A stretch of DNA of 64,000 nucleotides, from positions 32,001 through 96,000 of the forward strand of contig JBOEGF010000006.1 in the NCBI GenBank assembly GCA_050633305.1, written 5' to 3'. The translations under genes and the position numbers were made by a program. The stretch is from Nannocystales bacterium. Its GTDB lineage: Bacteria; Myxococcota_A; Polyangia; Nannocystales; Nannocystaceae. Shown here in pieces: positions 59,226 through 64,000 of the stretch. The notes under the pieces were generated by a model that saw only the letters and a program-made list of their open reading frames with translations, was not told the origin of the DNA and made no database searches. Position 1 is the first letter of the stretch, and each line of letters begins with the position of its first letter.

Positions 59226-60443
59226 GTGGCCAAGCCGAAGCTCCGTCGAATCGAACGAGTTGAGCAAATCCTGGAGGGAGAACGCGTGCTCATCCTGCGC
59301 GATCCCATGGGCGTTGCAGAGAGCTTCGCCCTCGACGCTGAGTTCGCCCCGGTCCTCGACCTCCTCGACGGCACGCGGACGGTGCTCCAGGTACGCCAAT
59401 CTCTGAGTATGCGAGGCGTGCTCGACCTGCCTGCCGACGAACTCGCTGCGTTCGTCGACAGCCTCGCCGAAGAGGGCTGGCTGGACGACGACCGATTTAG
59501 AGACCAGTGGGCGGACCTCCACGCCGAGTTTCTGGAGGAGGATCCCCGACGGCCTCGGTTCGCGGGGGTCTTGTATCCGGAAGACCCGACCGAGCTCGCG
59601 GGCGCATTCGCGGGAGTCCTCGGTCCCGAGCCCCGGACCGACGACAACAGCCAAGTTGTCGGGGTCATGGTCCCGCACGGCCCGTTGGATCTGGTCGGAG
59701 ACGTCCTCGCTCAAACCCTCGTCGGTCTACCGCCCGCCGAGGCGCTGGACTGCGTTGTCATTCTCGGGACCGACCACGGTCCGGGACTGCTCCCGTTTGC
59801 CGCCGCATGCCGAGGGTTCGAGACGCCGCTGGGTCCCGTCCCCGCGCATATGGAGCTTCTCGAGGGGCTCGATCAACGTCTCGAGTGGGCGTTTCGCGAA
59901 GAGGTCCGCCATCGGAGTGCACACAGCATCGAGCTGTCGGCGGTCACCCTGCGCGCCCTGTACGGCGACGCAGTCCCGCCGATCGTTCCCGTGCTGTGCG
60001 GCGCTGGGGTCCTTCGGGCGCGCGACACCGAGGCCGCAGAGCGGTTCATCGATGCGCTCGAACAGCTGCTTCTTGGGAAACGCGTGCTTTTGTGGGGAAG
60101 TGCCGAATTGAGCCATGGCGGCGTCGCCTACGGACGCCCGGCCCTGGACGACGCCGGGGCCCAAGCCCTCGAAGACCGCGACCGCGACTGCCTCGAGGAT
60201 CTGATCCACGCCCGCCACTCGGCCCTCGCACGCAAGTGCACGCAGGACCACCCGCAGGGTCGACCCAGCGGGGGCGCCGTCCTCAGCACCCTTCGCCAGC
60301 TCCTCCCCGAGGCGCGCGTCGAAGTCAGCACCTACCGGGCTGCATCCATCGACCCCGTCGAAACCACGAACAAGCCCGACGAGCGCGACCGAGGTCGGAG
60401 CTTCGCCGGGCTTGCAGGCGTTCGATTGTTCGCAAGGCCTTGA
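59226..60443 (+). CDS. MEMO1-family / AmmeMemoRadiSam system protein B
   Basis: R.P.FAG..YP, VPH, LGTDH, FETPLG, HSIE, IVPVLCG, SAELSH. Start is GTG 59226 or ATG 59175. Confidence 0.85.
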   Translation: MAKPKLRRIERVEQILEGERVLILRDPMGVAESFALDAEFAPVLDLLDGTRTVLQVRQSLSMRGVLDLPADELAAFVDSLAEEGWLDDDRFRDQWADLHAEFLEEDPRRPRFAGVLYPEDPTELAGAFAGVLGPEPRTDDNSQVVGVMVPHGPLDLVGDVLAQTLVGLPPAEALDCVVILGTDHGPGLLPFAAACRGFETPLGPVPAHMELLEGLDQRLEWAFREEVRHRSAHSIELSAVTLRALYGDAVPPIVPVLCGAGVLRARDTEAAERFIDALEQLLLGKRVLLWGSAELSHGGVAYGRPALDDAGAQALEDRDRDCLEDLIHARHSALARKCTQDHPQGRPSGGAVLSTLRQLLPEARVEVSTYRAASIDPVETTNKPDERDRGRSFAGLAGVRLFARP

Positions 60444-60466
60444 GACCTGCCGAGTCCGAGTGAGAC

Positions 60467-61126
60467 CTAGAGGCTCGGAGGCGTCGGCGTTGGCTCGGCG
60501 GTCACCGTTTCGGTGGCCACGGCCGTCGCGGGCATCGTCCCGCCCAGCATCGTGAGGATCGTTTGTGCGGCATCCTCGGCGCGGATCGGGAGCTTGCCCT
60601 CCGCATGGGTCGCGCTCTGGTTCGCGAGGCCCTGGACCAGGGCAAGGACGCAGTGCGAGAGATGCTCAGCGTTCCCCTGAGTGAACACGCCTTCCTTCAT
60701 GCCTCGGGCGATAACGCCCTCGTACAACGCACGCATCACGCGGAACGCTTTGTCGAGCGACTCGCGGAACGTGGGATCTTGCGGCGCCATCGAAAGCAGG
60801 AGGTGAGCAAGACGGGTCTCGTCGGGCTCGTCCTCAACCGTCCTGAGATGGGCCACCAACAGCCTCGACAGCGTGTGGTCCGCTGGTTGGTCGGCCACTG
60901 GTTCAAACGACCAGCGGGCTTCTAGCGTCTTGAGCTGGCTCTCCAGAATGTCGTGGAAGAGTGCCTCCTTGGCCCGATAGTGAAAGTAGACGCCACCTTT
61001 GCTCAGGCCAGCTTCACGGGCGATGTCCAAGAGCCGCGTTGCGGCAAAGCCACGTCGCACGAAGCACCGAGTCGCGGCGGCTCGGATCTGCTGTTTTCTC
61101 CACTCGTCACTTCTTTGTCGGGTCAC
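60467..61126 (-). CDS. TetR/AcrR family transcriptional regulator
   Basis: IRAAATRCF...GFAAT...DIAREAGLSKGGVYFHY..KE. AAGGA precedes the GTG. Confidence 0.93.
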   Translation of the reverse strand: MTRQRSDEWRKQQIRAAATRCFVRRGFAATRLLDIAREAGLSKGGVYFHYRAKEALFHDILESQLKTLEARWSFEPVADQPADHTLSRLLVAHLRTVEDEPDETRLAHLLLSMAPQDPTFRESLDKAFRVMRALYEGVIARGMKEGVFTQGNAEHLSHCVLALVQGLANQSATHAEGKLPIRAEDAAQTILTMLGGTMPATAVATETVTAEPTPTPPSL

Positions 61127-61454
61127 TGAACAATCCTTGCGTTGGCGCCCGGGGCACAATGCCCCGACGCACCGACAAAATACGCGCTGCGCCCCAACAC
61201 TCGTCCAACAAAAATAACAGAGGCCCCTGCAACGTCGTTCCGACTGGCCGGAACAACGGTCCGCGGGAAACACGCAACAGGGGTCCAAGGCCCCCAGTTC
61301 GATTCAGGGGTCCTCTGACTCTAGGTCCGGTAACCCAAGACACTCCCCGATGCCGGGATGCTCGGAGGCCGGGTTGACAGGCTTGGCAGCGCGACCATGA
61401 ATAGGGATTCTGCGCCGGCCGTCTCACGGCAACTCAGAGGGACGACTACACATC

Positions 61455-62030
61455 ATGAAGCTCATTCAACGCACGCTCAGCCCCGCCTCCATGGTCGCCA
61501 TCTTCGCAATGGCGCTGGGCGGTTGTTCCTTTCACGCCGGCAGCAGCAGCAGCAGCGCCCCCCGCTCCAAGGCCCCGGCCTCGAAAGCTCCGGCGTCCAA
61601 GTCCCGGGCTTCCACGGCACCATCCTCCGAGCGCGCCTCGACGGCGCCATCGTCCAAGGCTCCGGCCTCCAAGGCTCCGGCCTCCAAGGCTCCGGTTCGC
61701 GCCAACCCGAGCGACAACAGCCCGAAGCGCGCCAACCCCAAGGCAGGCAATGACGCGGTCCGAGCCAACCCCAAGTCGGGTGCCAAGCGGGCCAACCCCA
61801 AGTCGGGTGCCAAGCGGGCCAACCCCAAGTCGGGTGCCAAGCGGGCCAACCCCAAGGCCGGCTCCGGTGCGGTGCGTGCAAACCCGGAGAGCAAGGCCAA
61901 GCGGGCCAACCCCAACACGGAGAGCAAGCGGGCCAACCCCAAGAAGAAGTCGGGCTCCAACACGGTCAAGGCCAACCCGAAGTCCTCCACGCCCAAGTCG
62001 GGCTCCAGCACGATGAAGGCGCCGAACTAA
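61455..62030 (+). CDS. Basic low-complexity lipoprotein with SKAPA and RANP repeats
   Basis: Signal plus lipobox LGGC, SD-like GAGGGA, consistent codon usage, 9x RANP plus 1x KANP. Confidence 0.75.
   Translation: MKLIQRTLSPASMVAIFAMALGGCSFHAGSSSSSAPRSKAPASKAPASKSRASTAPSSERASTAPSSKAPASKAPASKAPVRANPSDNSPKRANPKAGNDAVRANPKSGAKRANPKSGAKRANPKSGAKRANPKAGSGAVRANPESKAKRANPNTESKRANPKKKSGSNTVKANPKSSTPKSGSSTMKAPN
61764..61856 (+). repeat. Perfect 27-nt coding tandem repeat (about 3.4 copies)
   Basis: GCCAACCCCAAGTCGGGTGCCAAGCGG at 61764, 61791 and 61818, plus a partial copy at 61845. Confidence 0.95.
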
Positions 62031-62090
62031 GCACCCGATTCGCAAGTCCGTTTCGCGCCGCATCCCAGCTCGGGTTGCGGCGCGACGCTT

Positions 62091-64000
62091 TTAAGCGGCA
62101 CGCTTCAGCACGATCAGCAGCGCGGGGAGGACGAACAAGGTCGCGACCAGGCACGCTCCAATCCCGAGCACCATCGTCGCCCCAAGGCTCACCATGCCGC
62201 CATAGGGACTCAACGTGAGCGCTGCAAACCCGACCATCGTCGTGGTCGCGGCCACCGCGATGGCCCCACCGGTTCCGCGAACAACAGCGTTGAGGCTTGG
62301 CACGCCCTCCCCTGCGTCTTCGCGCAGGCGGTGAATCATGTGCACGCCAAAGGCGATCCCGATCCCCAAGACCAGGGGCAGCGCGACGATGTTGGCCACG
62401 TTGAAGTCGAGACCCAACAACGGCATCAAGCCCAGCATCCAGAGCCATCCGACGACCGTCGGAAACAGCGCGAGCAAAGCATCTCGAACGCTGCGGAAGT
62501 CGGCGATCAACAGCAACACGATAATGCCGGCCGCGTACAGGGCCGCCCGCTCGAACCCTTCGCGAACCTGGCGGCCGTGCTCGACGTGGACCATGGCAAG
62601 GCCCACCGCGTCTTCGTCAACCCCGCGAACATCGGCAGCGAACCCGAGTGCCACGTCCTCCTCCCAGAACTGACCGGAGGGAACGGCAAACAACGCCACC
62701 GCTTTCCCGTCCTTGGAGACGAAGCGCGTCGCGAACAAGGGGGGAAGATCCTCCGGCGCATAGTGGCCACGCTCGACGACGGCGGACGCAGTGGCGAGTG
62801 CGGGCCCCAGGATTCCCGCCGCCTCGACGTTGATCGAGGCGAGACGAGCCTGGCCCGCCTCATCGAGTCCCCGCACGGTCGTCGCGAGGTGGGAGAAGGC
62901 CTCTTTGGCCGCTTCTGCGTCCTTCGTCTCCAGGGATGCACCTCGCAACGCGAAAAGCACCTCGTCGAGCAGGTCTGCGATCTCGTCGGCCGTGCTCGCG
63001 ACGGACTTGGCGTCGACGGGTGCCGCGGCGAGCTTGGCAACATCGGGCGCTCGACCAAACCCCTTGAGCCCTCCGCGCAGCGCGCCAAGGCTGGACTCGC
63101 TCAGGGGTGGCAAGAGATCGCTGGGTGTCTGGACGCCGGCCACACTATCCAGCGCCCGCAACCCTGCGGCTTTGGCCCGAGCCGCTTCGATGTCGTCCGC
63201 AGCAAATGCGGCGAACACAGGCGAGGCCAACGCGTCGTACTCCAGCACACCGAGGCCCTGCGCGCTCTCGGTGGTCTCCGGGAGGAAGTCGAAGTAGCGC
63301 GGGTTGTAGTCGAGAGAACTGACCGTCACCGCGCCGACTGCAGCCAACGCCACCGCGCTCCCCAGCAGGGCTGTCTTGCCGCGGCGAATCAGTCCCGGAA
63401 TGCTCGCGATCCCCGGGGGCTCCGGTGCGACCCGAATCTCGCTTTTTTCGGAGCGACCGATCATCAGCAACGGGGGAATCACTGCGAACGTGATCACCAC
63501 CATCAAGATGAGCCCCGCTGCCGTCACGACCCCGAGTTCGCCGTAGGCGGTGAATTCGGTCGTCATGTTGGTCAGAAAGGCCGCGGCTGTCACCACCGCG
63601 CCTGTGAAGATGCCTGGGCCGGTGCGACGCAGCGACGCCGTGATGGCCGCGGCGGGAGTCTGGCCCGCCCGAACCTCCTCGTTGCGTCGCGCAATGATGT
63701 GCACGGAGAAGTCGATGCCCAGCCCCAGCAACACGGCGACGAACCCCGAGGTGATGATGTTGAGGTCGTCGTAGAGCAGACGGACCACTGCGAGCGTGCC
63801 CAAGATGCCGGGCGCCAACGGAAGCAAAGCGACGATGGTCTGTCGAAGGGATCGGAACAACAGCAGGCACAGACCGAAGATCCCGATCGTTGCCGCGATG
63901 CTCGTGATCACCAGGCCCTGCTCCACGATTTCGAGTTCATCCACGGCGAGCGCGGGAAGACCGGTCAGTTTCGCCGTGACGCCGTCCGGCGCGCTCGACA
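62091..64000 (-). CDS. MMPL/RND-family transporter (HpnN-like), 5' end outside the window
   Basis: LLGLGIDFSVH, GPGI..GA, two TM blocks separated by a periplasmic domain, second repeat LGIG..FGVH. Confidence 0.88.
   Translation of the reverse strand, partial: SSAPDGVTAKLTGLPALAVDELEIVEQGLVITSIAATIGIFGLCLLLFRSLRQTIVALLPLAPGILGTLAVVRLLYDDLNIITSGFVAVLLGLGIDFSVHIIARRNEEVRAGQTPAAAITASLRRTGPGIFTGAVVTAAAFLTNMTTEFTAYGELGVVTAAGLILMVVITFAVIPPLLMIGRSEKSEIRVAPEPPGIASIPGLIRRGKTALLGSAVALAAVGAVTVSSLDYNPRYFDFLPETTESAQGLGVLEYDALASPVFAAFAADDIEAARAKAAGLRALDSVAGVQTPSDLLPPLSESSLGALRGGLKGFGRAPDVAKLAAAPVDAKSVASTADEIADLLDEVLFALRGASLETKDAEAAKEAFSHLATTVRGLDEAGQARLASINVEAAGILGPALATASAVVERGHYAPEDLPPLFATRFVSKDGKAVALFAVPSGQFWEEDVALGFAADVRGVDEDAVGLAMVHVEHGRQVREGFERAALYAAGIIVLLLIADFRSVRDALLALFPTVVGWLWMLGLMPLLGLDFNVANIVALPLVLGIGIAFGVHMIHRLREDAGEGVPSLNAVVRGTGGAIAVAATTTMVGFAALTLSPYGGMVSLGATMVLGIGACLVATLFVLPALLIVLKRAA

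Noticed and set aside
61219..61317. tRNA gene (T-loop-like GTTCGATTC and acceptor-like pairing)
   Set aside because: There is no proper D-arm or anticodon arm, the T and acceptor stems are mismatched, and there is no CCA. Kept only as an unexplained structured element.
61764..61856. CRISPR array
   Set aside because: The 27-nt units are contiguous with no spacers, in-frame within a CDS, and no cas genes are present.

Overview
High-GC, gene-dense core-genome region, most likely from a myxobacterium (Myxococcota, possibly Nannocystaceae-like). This is inferred from the FHA-bEBP, Ser/Thr kinase-PEGA and FGE proteins, Cys-rich lipoproteins and deltaproteobacterial gene order. Most genes lie on the minus strand: queA-tgt-yajC-secD-secF-recJ; rimP-nusA-ylxR-infB-rbfA-truB-rpsO-pnp-dut; pseudokinase/FGE-purC-4TM protein-purF-prfB (programmed +1 frameshift)-lolC/E-lolD-bamA-skp-skp-fabZ; FHA-bEBP-folP-cdaA-cdaR-glmM-acpS-nnr; and a Gld-like ABC transporter. 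Accessory genes include an ECF sigma/NrsF-like pair, a kinase/kelch/TPR/PEGA cluster, a MEMO1-family protein, TetR, a RANP-repeat lipoprotein and a partial MMPL transporter. I saw no rRNA, canonical tRNA, CRISPR array or mobile element. The most notable observations are: pervasive TAnnnT boxes 5-10 nt before start codons (leaderless-type, including two symmetric bidirectional cores); an 8-Cys module shared by two convergent lipoprotein genes; a GAFTGA-less FHA-bEBP upstream of a c-di-AMP operon; absence of lpxD/lpxA from the bamA-skp-fabZ cluster; large insertions in LolC/E, SecD and SecF; and a repeat/structured element upstream of tetR. Start codons were chosen by eye, and family calls come from motif recognition, not database searches.
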